Below are positions 48,105-59,240 of a DNA stretch of 64,000 nt, in pieces. The notes below the pieces were generated by a model. That model was not told the DNA's origin. It saw only the letters and a program-made list of their open reading frames with translations, and did not search any database. The position numbers and the translations under genes are program-made. This stretch comes from Bacillota bacterium. GTDB taxonomy: Bacteria > Bacillota > DTU025. Numbering within the stretch: position 1 is the first letter of the stretch; each line of letters starts with the position of its first letter. The stretch spans positions 32,001 to 96,000 of the forward strand of contig JBMNJT010000002.1 in assembly GCA_050951805.1 (NCBI GenBank), written 5' to 3'.

Positions 48105-49482
48105 AACCGAGTGCACCTTCATAGACGATGAGAAGATCCGCGGAGCCCTCGAGGAAGGGGCAAGGTACAGTCCAGCGGCGGTCAGAGATGTTTTGGCGAA
48201 GGCGCGAGAATTGCAGGGCTTGGAACTTGAGGAGCTGGCAGCCTTGCTCTGGGTGGAAGACCCGGCCCTCGAAGAAGAGATTTACGCCGTTGCTAGAAAA
48301 ATCAAAGAGACCATTTATGGGAAAAGACTAGTTTTTTTCGCCCCTCTGTATGTGAGCGACTATTGTGTGAATAATTGCAGATACTGTGCCTACAAGAGGG
48401 ACAATCGGCAGCCTAGGCGAAGATTGGGTATGGATGAGGTCAGACAGGAGGTCCTTGCCATTGAGGACATGGGCCACAAGCGCATCGCTCTGGAGGCCGG
48501 CGAGGACCCGGTCAATTGTCCCGTCGATTACATCACCGAGGTGATGGAGACCATATACGACACGCATTCAGGGAACGGGAGCATTCGCCGGATAAATGTG
48601 AACATTGCCGCTACAACAGTGGATGACTACCGGAAGCTGAAGGACGCCGGAATCGGGACTTACGTACTGTTCCAGGAGACGTACCACCGCGATACGTATG
48701 TGGCTGTCCATGATGGACCAAAATCCGACTATGATTGGCACGCTACGGCCATGGACAGGGCGATAGAAGGCGGAATCGATGACGTGGGAATAGGCGTGCT
48801 CTACGGCTTGTATGACTGGCGCTACGAGACCGTCGCCATGCTTGCCCATGCCCACCATCTTGATGAGACATACGGGGTTGGACCGCATACCATTTCATTC
48901 CCGCGACTGAGGCCTGCAGCAGGCGTGTCGCTCGAGAATTTTCCAAGCCTCGTCTCCGATAACGACTTCAAGAAGATAGTGGCGTGCCTGAGGCTGGCTG
49001 TGCCATATACAGGGATGATCCTGTCGACAAGGGAGTCGCCGGAGTTCCGCGAGGAAGTGATAGCTCTGGGGATCTCGCAGATAAGCGCCGGTTCTTGCAC
49101 TGGCGTAGGCGAGTATAGCAGGCGCAAGGCGCATGATACTCCCCAGTTCGAGGTGAGCGACCGTCGTGATCTGGATGAGATAATCAGGGACCTTTTGCCG
49201 TCAGGTTACGTACCCAGTTTCTGCACTGCATGTTACAGGTCGGGTAGGACGGGGGAGGCGTTTATGTCTCTGGCGAAAAGCAGCCACATACATGAATTCT
49301 GCCAGCCCAACGCAATACTGACGTTTGAGGAATACTTGTGCGATTATGCATCGCCTGCTACTGTGAAAGCGGCTGAGCCGGCGATCCGCGCGGCCCTGGA
49401 AGAAGTGGATCCGAAGCTACGCGACGAATGTGAAAAGAGAATTGAGCGGATACAAGGTGGCGAAAGAGATCTCTACTTCTAA
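48091..49482 (+). CDS. hydG: [FeFe]-hydrogenase H-cluster maturase HydG (radical SAM)
   Basis: FAPLYVSDYCVNNCRYC, GPHTIS, PSFCTACYR...C, GERDLYF. Confidence 0.95.
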   Translation: MLTGRTECTFIDDEKIRGALEEGARYSPAAVRDVLAKARELQGLELEELAALLWVEDPALEEEIYAVARKIKETIYGKRLVFFAPLYVSDYCVNNCRYCAYKRDNRQPRRRLGMDEVRQEVLAIEDMGHKRIALEAGEDPVNCPVDYITEVMETIYDTHSGNGSIRRINVNIAATTVDDYRKLKDAGIGTYVLFQETYHRDTYVAVHDGPKSDYDWHATAMDRAIEGGIDDVGIGVLYGLYDWRYETVAMLAHAHHLDETYGVGPHTISFPRLRPAAGVSLENFPSLVSDNDFKKIVACLRLAVPYTGMILSTRESPEFREEVIALGISQISAGSCTGVGEYSRRKAHDTPQFEVSDRRDLDEIIRDLLPSGYVPSFCTACYRSGRTGEAFMSLAKSSHIHEFCQPNAILTFEEYLCDYASPATVKAAEPAIRAALEEVDPKLRDECEKRIERIQGGERDLYF

Positions 49483-49583
49483 GTAAATCTCGCTATATGC
49501 AGCAACGCGGGAGTGAGTGGAATTGAGGATCGCAAAGATCAGTTTTTGACCAGGGGTTGTCTGGCAATTAGGGAGTCTTTTGT

Positions 49584-49645
49584 TTGACAAAACAATAGAT
49601 GGGGGTATACTCTCCTGCATAGACACTGATTGTGACAAACAATCA
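49584..49645 (+). promoter_or_regulatory. Internal promoter and palindromic operator upstream of hydF
   Basis: TTGACA(49584)-16-TATACT(49606). Inverted repeat TGATTGT-N5-ACAATCA at 49627-49645. Confidence 0.5.
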
Positions 49646-49940
49646 ATATGGCACTGTTTAGCGGTTTGTTCTTGGAAAATATCGGAGTCGGACCTTGAAT
49701 GTCTCAAAGTCAGTTGCCCACAGCCGAAAAGGGGCCGGCTTTTAAAGACATCCCACGAAGGCAAGCCGGCGGATGCCTTTGACTCAGTTTTGCGCTATAT
49801 ACACACTCACACTGGGCGGTTCCAAGCTGTGCCCGTTTGAAAGTGTTCAACTGTTTTCCCGAAGTTGCTTAGCCAAAGGGCCTCAAGCGTTCGCGCGTGC
49901 ACATCAGTCTAGCGCCGCAGAGGCGGACTGGAGGACGGAA

Positions 49941-51164
49941 ATGAGTTTCGACAAGGCTCCCAGATCCAATCGGATACACATTGCTATCCTCGGGCGAATG
50001 AACTCGGGCAAGTCGAGCCTTATTAACACCTTAGCAGATCAGGACGTTGCCGTGGTTTCGCCGATGGCCGGAACGACTACGGATATCGTCTACAAGTCGA
50101 TGGAGATACATGGGACCGGCCCGGTCGTGTTCATCGATACCCCCGGAGTAGATGATGACAGCCTTCTCTCAGAAGCGAGGGTTGCCAGGACCATGAGGGC
50201 GATCAACAAGGCCGATATGGCCGTAGTTGTGGTCGATGCCGAGTTGGGCGAAGGGGAGCCTGAGGCCCAGCTATATTCCTGTCTCGAGCGCAAGAGGGTT
50301 CCCTATATTGTGGCCGTGAATAAGACGGACCTTTGTGATGCCGACTGCGTTTTATGTGATGGTGCGGGCGCCTCCGGGGAAGGGGATGCGCCTCGTGTGT
50401 GTGTAAGTGCTAGGACGGGAAGGGGAAAAGAGGAACTGCTAGGTGCCATAAGCCGGTTGGCTCAATCCGTAGGCGGGCTGGGCGAGGGGCCCCCCATAGT
50501 AGGCGATCTTGTAAGCTGTGGAGACATAGTGGTTCTGGTCATTCCGGCAGATGCCCAAGCCCCGAAGGGTAGGTTGATTCTGCCTCAGGTCCAAACCATA
50601 AGAGATGTTTTAGATCACGAGGGGATTGCGGTCGCCGTAAGAATTGACCAATTGAGGCAGCTCTTTGCCGATAAGGATTTCCTGCCGAGATTGGTTGTAA
50701 CTGATTCCCAAGCCTTCGGGGAGGTAGCCCCCGTAGTCCCGGAATCCGTTCCCATGACATCTTTTTCGATTCTCTTCGCACGCCATAAGGGTGACTTCGA
50801 ACTTCTGGTCGAAGGCGCTCGCGCCATAGAAGGCCTTGAGCCTGGCGATGTAGTGCTCATATCCGAGGCGTGTACTCATCATCCCATCGAAGACGACATA
50901 GGGACTGTGAAGATCCCACGCCTTCTCAATGCGAAAGTCGGCGGAGAGCTGAGATATGAATGGCAACGCGGAGGCGATTTTCCGGAGGATTTGGACAGAT
51001 TCAAGCTTGTTATTAACTGTGGCGGGTGTATGCTTAACAGGAGAGAGATGTGTTCGCGCCTTGAGGCCGTGGCAGACGCCGCTGTTCCAGTCACAAACTA
51101 TGGAATGGCAATCGCAGCGTGTCTGGGGATCTTGCCCAGGGCCTTGCGGCCTTTCGCACTCTGA
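49941..51164 (+). CDS. hydF: [FeFe]-hydrogenase H-cluster maturation GTPase HydF
   Basis: GRMNSGKSS, GTTTD, DTPG, NKTD, APKGRLILPQVQ, EACTHH, CGGCM. RBS GGAGG. Confidence 0.95.
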   Translation: MSFDKAPRSNRIHIAILGRMNSGKSSLINTLADQDVAVVSPMAGTTTDIVYKSMEIHGTGPVVFIDTPGVDDDSLLSEARVARTMRAINKADMAVVVVDAELGEGEPEAQLYSCLERKRVPYIVAVNKTDLCDADCVLCDGAGASGEGDAPRVCVSARTGRGKEELLGAISRLAQSVGGLGEGPPIVGDLVSCGDIVVLVIPADAQAPKGRLILPQVQTIRDVLDHEGIAVAVRIDQLRQLFADKDFLPRLVVTDSQAFGEVAPVVPESVPMTSFSILFARHKGDFELLVEGARAIEGLEPGDVVLISEACTHHPIEDDIGTVKIPRLLNAKVGGELRYEWQRGGDFPEDLDRFKLVINCGGCMLNRREMCSRLEAVADAAVPVTNYGMAIAACLGILPRALRPFAL

Positions 51165-51571
51165 AATGAACCGTCGACCGGTGATCCGCGAGTACCTCGA
51201 GGCCTAAGGAGCAGAGATAGCGGACTGTGCGGCCGATCCCCAAGTCGAATCTTTATTGCCCGATACTTGAATTAGGTGTGTCGACGCCCCAACTGCATTG
51301 GTCATAATGCTTCAGCCTTGCCCACACCATGCCCAAAAAGGTGAGACAACAAGGCGAGGGACGTCGACATTTCACATTATCTAAGGGACTTTTCTGCAGA
51401 CGGGAGGTGTATTTGGCCGACAAGGTTGGCTCCAAGACGCAAGGCTCCGGCTTGGTCCTGCGATACCAGGCCGGAGCTTTACATCTGAAGAAGAGAGTTG
51501 AACCTCCCGCCAACTACATTCTCTTCATTGATGGGCTGACCGTTGTAGGAATATAATAGTTATACTTAGCC

Positions 51572-52021
51572 GTGAACAACCATCCGGAGGTGGGCGTTTT
51601 GGCGATTAGTCCAAGACTGCTTGAGATACGGAGTTGCCTTGTGCATGACTACGAACCGTTGATAGATTACGGTGCATGGCGTGTGGCCGCTATATGCTCC
51701 TCCGAGCACAACGCAGTTGACGGGGTGAAGTCCCTTGAAAGGCATAACGAGACAGACGAAGTCTTTTTGCTCTTGGCAGGCAGGGCCTTTCTCATTATAG
51801 GCGAGGGAGACGCAAGTGTTGAAACGTTTCATGCTGTGGCGATGGAGCCGCTCAAGGCATACAACGTGAAGCGAGGTGTCTGGCATTCGTGTGTGCTCGA
51901 CACAGATTCTGTAGTGCTTGTTGTTGAGAATCGCGATACTACCCACCTGAACTCGGAGTTTCTCGATCTTCCGTCCGAAATATGCCATCAATTGCCCGAC
52001 ATCTGCGGTGAGATAGTTTAG
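51572..52021 (+). CDS. Cupin-fold hypothetical protein (ureidoglycolate-lyase-like)
   Basis: ERHNETDEVFLLLAG...YNVKRGVWH cupin pattern. Confidence 0.7.
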   Translation: MNNHPEVGVLAISPRLLEIRSCLVHDYEPLIDYGAWRVAAICSSEHNAVDGVKSLERHNETDEVFLLLAGRAFLIIGEGDASVETFHAVAMEPLKAYNVKRGVWHSCVLDTDSVVLVVENRDTTHLNSEFLDLPSEICHQLPDICGEIV

Positions 52022-52446
52022 AGCCTCGGCATGTTCCGCGTCAGGCTGCCGCTTTGCCAGTTATGCAAATCTCAAGCCACATCGGAAAAACCTGAGCCGG
52101 TGAACGCCAATAACCTCAAAAGACAGAGGAGTTTCGGACATCTAGTGCGAAACTTACATGCAGAAGCATATCCTCATCCTGCCTGTGCTGGTAGCTCGCG
52201 ACCTATTCCCAAACTAAGTCATGCGGGCGACTCCGAGCCGATTCTTATCATGATCAATCTCTTGGTTTTTATAGATCGAGCGTGATTACAAAGTGAATTC
52301 AAGCGTCGAGTCACACCCTTACACCTCCTTCTTTGCTGATTCTCGGGAGGGCCGTTAAGTTAGCTGAAAATGTGAAGATGGTGACTTGGAAATGATGTAT
52401 CATTTTGTGCCAATGGGCTGTAATTGTCGAGATGAGGTGATAGTCA

Positions 52447-53337
52447 ATGTCCAGAAGAAGAATAGCAATCGTCCTTGTATGTTTTTTCATTCTGTCGCTC
52501 GGGCTTGTAGTGGGAAGCCCGGCATACTGCGGCGAAACCTTGGCAAGCACCACATATTATCAGGGCGGCAAGAGATTTCAAGTCGATGTTGACCTGGGGG
52601 CAAATTGGGAGATGACCCTCACCGTCTACCGGATTGAGCTGAGCGGAAAACCGCGCAAGTTGTGGAGTTATACGGGTGACCACATAGAATTGGAAATGGT
52701 GCGGGATGTTGACGGGGATGGGTTCGTTGAAGTGTTGGCGATGGAGTACGGCGGGAATACCTACGCCTGCCCGATCCTGTTCCGCGTGGATAAGAACGAG
52801 AAGGTGCGGCAGATACCGATCGATCTAGGGAAGATGTATGAGAAACCGAATTACATATTGATTGCCAGAGCAGCTTCGTTCATAGATCTGGATGATGATG
52901 GAGTGGATGAGCTTATCGCCTGGGTTCCACAGTATTGGATGCCGTATTACGCCAATAGCGATATGGTTTATGCGTCGATCATATGCAAAGCGAAGGACAA
53001 CCGTTATGTGGCGGCTGCCGGCGATTATGCTTCAGTATACCGGTTCCTCATAAGTGAATTGAGAAATGAAATAGCTACATACGGAACTGACATCTTGGAA
53101 CTAGACGTCGGGCCATACCTCCAAAATTGCTGTTTGCTGTTGCTCTATCGATCCCTTGTTGGCGAGATGACGCAGGGACTCCAGGAATTCGATACCCTGT
53201 TTCCACATGCATTGAAGGTCATCGACCCTGTTGCTGACAAGTGGTTTGCCGATACATGGAAGGATTTCATGAAGCGCAGAGTGGATCTGCTGACGCAGGC
53301 AACCAGGGATTTCGGGGGGATTGCGCAGAAACGCTGA
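52447..53337 (+). CDS. Secreted hypothetical protein with DxDxDG Ca-binding/FG-GAP-like motifs
   Basis: Signal peptide, DVDGDGFVEV and DLDDDGVDEL. RBS GAGGTG. Confidence 0.75.
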   Translation: MSRRRIAIVLVCFFILSLGLVVGSPAYCGETLASTTYYQGGKRFQVDVDLGANWEMTLTVYRIELSGKPRKLWSYTGDHIELEMVRDVDGDGFVEVLAMEYGGNTYACPILFRVDKNEKVRQIPIDLGKMYEKPNYILIARAASFIDLDDDGVDELIAWVPQYWMPYYANSDMVYASIICKAKDNRYVAAAGDYASVYRFLISELRNEIATYGTDILELDVGPYLQNCCLLLLYRSLVGEMTQGLQEFDTLFPHALKVIDPVADKWFADTWKDFMKRRVDLLTQATRDFGGIAQKR

Positions 53338-53540
53338 ATTAGTGCGGGCCGATTGGAGCATGAACGAGCAGCCCCACTACTGGGATTGCATGGTAATGGC
53401 GCCAACCGACACCTGACGAATGGCCAACTATTCATTGAAGGTATATTGCTGACGAAGATGGAAGTATCACACGCGTGTCTGTTGCGGAAGGACTAATGCC
53501 TAAAGCCCAGGTTGTGTGACCGGGGAGGTGCTCAAAGCGA

Positions 53541-54344
53541 ATGGAGCGGAGCAGGATATATGGCGCTTTCGAGCGCGTGAGTAGAAAATGGTGGTTCTAC
53601 GTCTTGGTCGTTATGGCCCTGGGGATTCCGCCTTATGCATCCACGGGAGTAGCCCCTGAACAGATAGCCAGTTTAGTTCAAGAAGTTCTTTCTCAGGGGT
53701 TGACGGCATATAGCGCTCTCATGCCCATGCTGCACATTGCTGTTGCAGCTCTGGTCGTGTTGGTGGGCATTTACGGAAACAGGGTGGGAAGACTCTTCAG
53801 CGCTTTTATGGGGCTTCACTATATATTCATAGCCATTGCGCAGAACACTGCCGTAACTCCTACTTTCGGATATGCCGTTATCAGCAGCAATGTCCTTTTG
53901 TTCATGGTAATCGGGATAATGTGGTTGTGGGATGCAGCGATCGGGAAGACCGACTACACGCTGCGAGGGCCGCATCCGTGGTGGACGTATTGGGTTCTGC
54001 CTCTGGCAGTCTTGGCGTTTTGGGGACCTGATGTCCCGTGGAGTTTCCATCTTCGGTACCTAGTGACGTCCAGTTCTGTCGGAGCGTTCTGCCTGATGAC
54101 GCCTATCTACCTTTCTGTCTTGAACTTCTGTCCTAGGCATAATCTTCCTGCGGTTCGACTCACAAGCTTTGTCGGAATACTCATGGCCATATTCAATTTC
54201 ATGATAGGCTTGTCTCTTTGCATAGGCGGCAATGCAAGCCTCGGGATATACCAGGTATTCATACATCTGCCGCTGGCGGCACTGTCGACATATTCTTTCA
54301 TAAGCTCGTTTCGGGCGGGTCGCGCGAGGCAACCCTGTTCGTAG
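53541..54344 (+). CDS. Hypothetical integral membrane protein
   Basis: About 7-8 hydrophobic segments. RBS GGAGGTG. Confidence 0.78.
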   Translation: MERSRIYGAFERVSRKWWFYVLVVMALGIPPYASTGVAPEQIASLVQEVLSQGLTAYSALMPMLHIAVAALVVLVGIYGNRVGRLFSAFMGLHYIFIAIAQNTAVTPTFGYAVISSNVLLFMVIGIMWLWDAAIGKTDYTLRGPHPWWTYWVLPLAVLAFWGPDVPWSFHLRYLVTSSSVGAFCLMTPIYLSVLNFCPRHNLPAVRLTSFVGILMAIFNFMIGLSLCIGGNASLGIYQVFIHLPLAALSTYSFISSFRAGRARQPCS

Positions 54345-54422
54345 CGAGGATCCAATTGATCTTCAGAATGAGCGTGGGGGAGCCCTCGAGTTAATTCGTT
54401 AAGAGGTGGAGGGAATTACGAA

Positions 54423-54911
54423 GTGGAGCCTTTTGCGTCTCTTGACCATGAGAGGTACATGCGGGAGGCCCTATCTGAGGCAGAAAAGGCCTTTGAGCGG
54501 GGCGACAGACCGATAGGCGCCGTTATTGTGCATGACGGTGAGATAATCGCCAGAGGTTCTAATAGGTTCTTCAGCGAGAGCAGCTATATTGCCCATGCCG
54601 AGCTTAACGCATTAGTATCAGCAGCACCCTACCTGTATGACCATGGACGAGAGTGCGTCATTTACACCACTGTTGAGCCATGCGTAATGTGTCTTGGCGC
54701 TATTATACATGCCAACATCAGGAATATTGCGTTCGGGATGCACGACAACTACATCCAAGCCCGTAAGATCATCGATGCGGTTGAATACGTAGACAGGAGA
54801 GTCCATAATTACCTCGGCGGCATACTCGAAAAGGAATGTGTGGAGCTTTACAGGCGCTACTCCGAAAGGGAAGCACAGCTAATGCTGACGGGAACGCAGA
54901 ACTCCTGGTAG
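54423..54911 (+). CDS. Nucleoside deaminase (TadA-like cytidine/adenosine deaminase family)
   Basis: PIGAVIV, AHAELNA, TVEPCVMC Zn motif. Confidence 0.88.
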   Translation: MEPFASLDHERYMREALSEAEKAFERGDRPIGAVIVHDGEIIARGSNRFFSESSYIAHAELNALVSAAPYLYDHGRECVIYTTVEPCVMCLGAIIHANIRNIAFGMHDNYIQARKIIDAVEYVDRRVHNYLGGILEKECVELYRRYSEREAQLMLTGTQNSW

Positions 54912-55407
54912 GTTTGAAAAGTGCTCAGAGGAGGGATAGCTATATTCGTCAGATAAATGGATATTGACAGGTGAGCGCCATGGGGGCAAAGACTCCAGAT
55001 AGCGTGAATCGCGAAAACGTGCAGGAATCTGCATCATCGGCAGCCTGGGTTTTGAGTAGACTCCGATCGCGCGAGACGGAGGCCGTTTCTGGCAGCCGGT
55101 TACTGCGGAGGCTCGCCCCTTGGAGGTTCGTCCTGCACACCTGCTAAGCGACTTCAAATTGGTTCTTGCGAGAGTCTTATGAGTAAGACCATGCGGCAAG
55201 GCTGTTTTACGAGAGCCCATCGACGCATGAAATGTGAGGTTGGCTGATCTCGCTCGTGAGAAGGATTTGCTGTTTGTGACTGGTAAAGCTGAAGTCGTGT
55301 ACATTCTGACTGGCCAGGGTTATTCATTGGTGTTGAGCGTTGAAACCCAAGGCCAGTTCCTGTCTGCGCTAGGCAAGTTATGATATTTGGAGGGGGATTG
55401 GCTTATC

Positions 55408-56223
55408 ATGCGTCGAAAAGCTCGAGAACGAGACGATTCTCTATGTGAAACGCAGTACGAGGGGTTCTTTTCAGAGTTCTATGACTTGCTGCACTCATCC
55501 TACAATGCTGATCTGCCCACATACTTGGACTTGGCTGAGGAATATGGCGATCCCATTTTAGAGCTAGGATCCGGAACCGGGAGACTGTTGATTCCTCTTG
55601 CCAGGGCTGGATACAGGGTGACCGGACTCGATTGTGCTGAAGACATGTTCGCACTCTGCAGGAAGAAGCTTGAGGCGGAAAACGGGGCTACACGGGAGCG
55701 AGTGACTCTTGTAAATGGAGACATGAGGGATTTCGATCTCGACATGAAGTTCAACATGGTTTTGGCGGCGTGCAATACGATACTTCACTGCACCACCATT
55801 GATGATCTTCTGGCTGTGCTTGCCAGAGCCCGTCGGCATCTAAGCCAAAAAGGAGTCTTCGTAGTCGATTTTGCCATACCTAATATCCTCAGGATGCTTC
55901 AGACAAATGGCGCCGAGGCCAGGTTTGAAATGGTCCATCCTGTGAGCGGCACTCGCATAATCGATACATATGTCGCAGGCTACGATTTCACCAAACAGAT
56001 GGAGACGTACGAGGCGCGCATTGAGGAATGGGACGAAAGCACGATGCTGAGATGGAGCGAGGTCAAGACTGAACGGGCCTTCTATTTTCCCCGCGAGATA
56101 GAGCTTGCCCTCAGGTGCAGTGGTTTTGAGATAGTCAAAACATGGAAAGGTATGCGCGGAGGTCCGTTGGTGGAGACCAGTCAAGACATGGTTTACGTGT
56201 GCAGATTGGCTCGGCAGGGTTAG
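55408..56223 (+). CDS. Class I SAM-dependent methyltransferase
   Basis: ILELGSGTGR, GLD, GDMRDF, HL..KGVFVVD. Confidence 0.9.
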   Translation: MRRKARERDDSLCETQYEGFFSEFYDLLHSSYNADLPTYLDLAEEYGDPILELGSGTGRLLIPLARAGYRVTGLDCAEDMFALCRKKLEAENGATRERVTLVNGDMRDFDLDMKFNMVLAACNTILHCTTIDDLLAVLARARRHLSQKGVFVVDFAIPNILRMLQTNGAEARFEMVHPVSGTRIIDTYVAGYDFTKQMETYEARIEEWDESTMLRWSEVKTERAFYFPREIELALRCSGFEIVKTWKGMRGGPLVETSQDMVYVCRLARQG

Positions 56224-56274
56224 TCGAGAGGATCTAGCCATGTTACAGGCGCCAGAGGCCAAGCATGTTTAGAT

Positions 56275-56757
56275 TCATGATTCGTCTATCGTGATTGTCT
56301 GGAGCAACGAAGCCGCTTTGGGTAGAGACTCGAGATCGAATTCTGCACACGCGACATGCAGAGTGATACAGCAGGGTTCGATGCTGATGCCTTCCAGATC
56401 GAGCGAACGGAAGGCGCCCTCGTATATCTGGAGCAGATCGATGAGGATGAGCCCCCGTCCGAGGTAGTCAACGCCGGGCGGCAGAACGGGCATGATAGAA
56501 CTGAGGACTATGTCGGGAAGGCTGAGTCCTAGTGGCCCGGAGATTCTGAGGGCGACGACGGCCCCTTGGACCGTCGGGTTCGAGAGGCAGATTACCGGAT
56601 GGAACTTTATATTGTACGGCAGTGCCAACTGGAGCGTAATCATACCCGATGCGATTTTTACATCGACTACCTTCAGCCCTTGAGGCAGCTCCATGTTTTG
56701 CAGGGCGTGTTTGATTTCTGCATCGCATATTCTCACTGTCAAGGATTCCACTCTCAT
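56275..56757 (-). CDS. Hypothetical protein
   Basis: 160-aa ORF filling the gap between genes, with GGTGAG upstream. No recognised motif. Confidence 0.6.
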   Translation of the reverse strand: MRVESLTVRICDAEIKHALQNMELPQGLKVVDVKIASGMITLQLALPYNIKFHPVICLSNPTVQGAVVALRISGPLGLSLPDIVLSSIMPVLPPGVDYLGRGLILIDLLQIYEGAFRSLDLEGISIEPCCITLHVACAEFDLESLPKAASLLQTITIDES

Positions 56758-57090
56758 TCATGTCTCACCCACCCTTCCAGAAGCCCCTCGGCCACTCATT
56801 CTTATAGGCGTCGATTGGGGAGTATGCGATAGCAGACGATTCAGGCAACTGGGAGCGAAGCTTGCAATTGCTTGGCGAATCCGGTCGAACTTTCACATTA
56901 GGTTACAGAATTCTTCGATACTGCGTGTGCTTCCTCCTTTATTCCATTCCTGCAGGAAGTATCTTAGCTGATTGCTCCATCAGCAGGCCACCTCGGAATG
57001 GCCTATGCCATTCTATGCTTGCAGGAGTGGAAGCCATTTAGGCGAATCTGCAGAATCAAGCCGGTGATGTGCGCGATGACGGGAGGGATC

Positions 57091-58155
57091 ATGGTGAAGA
57101 GAATTGCCAAGGCGATACTGATTGTCGTAGCCGTGGCTTTGCTCGCACTCGTCGCGTTCATAGTGGTTATAGCCGCCACAGACTACAGACCTTGTGACAT
57201 TGAGCCAGTTGAAGTCGAAAACCGCCGTGAATGGGTGACCGAATCGGGTGCAGAGTTGAGCGTGACCACGTTCAACATAGGCTATTGCGGACTGGACAAG
57301 CACACCGACTTTTTCATGGACAAAGGCACGATGTCGCGGTCTATAAGCCGGGAGCAGACAGAGATCAACGTCGACAGAGTCTCACAGTTCCTTCAGGAGG
57401 CCGATTCCGATTTCTACCTTGTGCAGGAAGTAGACCGGAAGGGAAAGAGGAGCTACAATATCGATCAATACAAGAGATTCATTCGCGACTTTCCCGAATA
57501 CAGCAGCAGTTTCGCTACGAATTACAAAGTTGCATGGGTGCCGATCCCCGTCACCCACCAGTACGGCAACATCTACTCCGGGATTGCCACATACTCCACG
57601 CGCCGGGTAGACTCTGCCGAAAGACTCTCATTGCCCGGGCAGTATCCTTGGCTGAAACAACTCTTTATGCTCGATCGTTGTCTTTTGGAAAGCAGGCTTC
57701 CTGTCGATAACGGGAAGGAATTAGTCCTCGTCAATTTGCACCTGTCCGCATATGATCAGGGCGGGACCATAAGAGCCCAGCAGCTCGCGTTCGTAAAGGA
57801 GTACGCTGTGCGAGAGTGGGGCAAAGGAAACTACGTGATTTTAGGGGGAGACTGGAACCACCTACTATCGGCCACTCCCAAGGAGAAGAAGGCGTCATAC
57901 GGAGATGCCTGGCCTGATTGGCTCCAGCTTCTGCCCGACGATTTTGTCCTGGAGGGGTTCGAGTGGGCCATGGATGAGGAAGTTGCCAGCAACAGATGTG
58001 TGGATCGACCCTACAACCCGGCTACCACGGTTGTGCAGACGATCGACGGTTTTCTTGTGTCGCCCAATGTGGAGATTGTAGCCGTGCAAGGCACTGATTT
58101 GGGGTTTGAAAACTCAGATCATAACCCTGTTACTGCCGTATTTAAGCTGAAATAA
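57091..58155 (+). CDS. Endonuclease/exonuclease/phosphatase family protein, membrane-anchored
   Basis: TFNIGY, VQEVD, NLHLSAY, GGDWN, IDGF, SDHNPV. N-terminal TM helix. Confidence 0.9.
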   Translation: MVKRIAKAILIVVAVALLALVAFIVVIAATDYRPCDIEPVEVENRREWVTESGAELSVTTFNIGYCGLDKHTDFFMDKGTMSRSISREQTEINVDRVSQFLQEADSDFYLVQEVDRKGKRSYNIDQYKRFIRDFPEYSSSFATNYKVAWVPIPVTHQYGNIYSGIATYSTRRVDSAERLSLPGQYPWLKQLFMLDRCLLESRLPVDNGKELVLVNLHLSAYDQGGTIRAQQLAFVKEYAVREWGKGNYVILGGDWNHLLSATPKEKKASYGDAWPDWLQLLPDDFVLEGFEWAMDEEVASNRCVDRPYNPATTVVQTIDGFLVSPNVEIVAVQGTDLGFENSDHNPVTAVFKLK

Positions 58156-58696
58156 CAGATCGTTGGGAGCGCATGTTGTGTAAAACTGCATCGAGGGGCT
58201 TGGTTGCCCCGTCCCGTGCCTTGCAAGCTTCGCCTGCTCTGACGGCTGTGTTGAAGCGGATGTTATGGGTGTCTGGTTGACGCATTCTTTCGAACACCCC
58301 CGAGGGCACGTGCATGTCCCATTTTCCAGATGATATCACCAAGGCGAATCTGGAGAAGCCGAAAGCCGCCGGAGCAACAATGGCCAGAGGCCCTTCAACA
58401 GAGGCTGCGCAGGCCCTCGTCGATCATTGCAGAAGGATAGGGCGGGAAAGGACTTCTGTTCGGGCATTTGCAGAGCCCGGCACAAAGAGACACTTTTTGT
58501 TGTTCAATATGGTTTTTGGGGCTTCGGCATATCTGCCGCTACGTTGCTCTGGTTCGAGTTCTGAGTGCCAAATAAATGTGGTTTGATTTGTAGGGAGAAT
58601 GGCCAATATCGGCTGATAGATGAGACGGCTCATTCAGTGCAGTGCCTGGTTTCAGCTAAGAAGTATTGCACATTAGCAAATTTGGAGTGATTCTGT

Positions 58697-59236
58697 ATGA
58701 AAAGAGTGCTCAACAAGGTCAAAGTGGCAACAGTGGCGGCGGTTCTTGCGCCACTTTTATTTGGACTCTTCTGCCCCTATTCCACGGTTGCGGCAACACA
58801 GATCTCCGAAAAATGGATAGGAAAATCATCTCCGGATTTCGTGCTGAGAACATTGGACAGCAAGAAGATTGCACTCGGCGATGACCCGAAATCCGTCTAT
58901 GTGCTGGATTTCTGGGCTGTAGGGTGCGGACCCTGTAAGAGGCTCGCCCCTCACCTTCAGACTTTACATTCAAAGTATGCACCAAAGGGAGTTACGGTAG
59001 TAGGGGTAAACGTGGGGGACAGTCCTAGCGCGATAAGCAAGTACGCAAAAGAGAACAAGCTCACTTATACGATGGCAATTGGAGATGCGAGGACGGTGGA
59101 TGCATTTGGAGTCTACGCATTTCCCACAGTCGTCATCATTGACCGCAAGGGCGTAATCAGAGACGTGTATGTAGGATACCTCCCTGGCTGGGAGCAGAAG
59201 ATGGAGAACACTATCAAACAGATATTGGGGGACTAG
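58697..59236 (+). CDS. TlpA-family thiol-disulfide oxidoreductase
   Basis: PDFVL, LDFWAVGCGPC, FPTVVIIDRKG. Signal/TM segment. Confidence 0.9.
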   Translation: MKRVLNKVKVATVAAVLAPLLFGLFCPYSTVAATQISEKWIGKSSPDFVLRTLDSKKIALGDDPKSVYVLDFWAVGCGPCKRLAPHLQTLHSKYAPKGVTVVGVNVGDSPSAISKYAKENKLTYTMAIGDARTVDAFGVYAFPTVVIIDRKGVIRDVYVGYLPGWEQKMENTIKQILGD

Positions 59237-59240
59237 CGCT

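Noticed and set aside
58900-58945. Selenocysteine in the TlpA active site
   Set aside because: The codons are TGC GGA CCC TGT (CGPC). There is no in-frame TGA.
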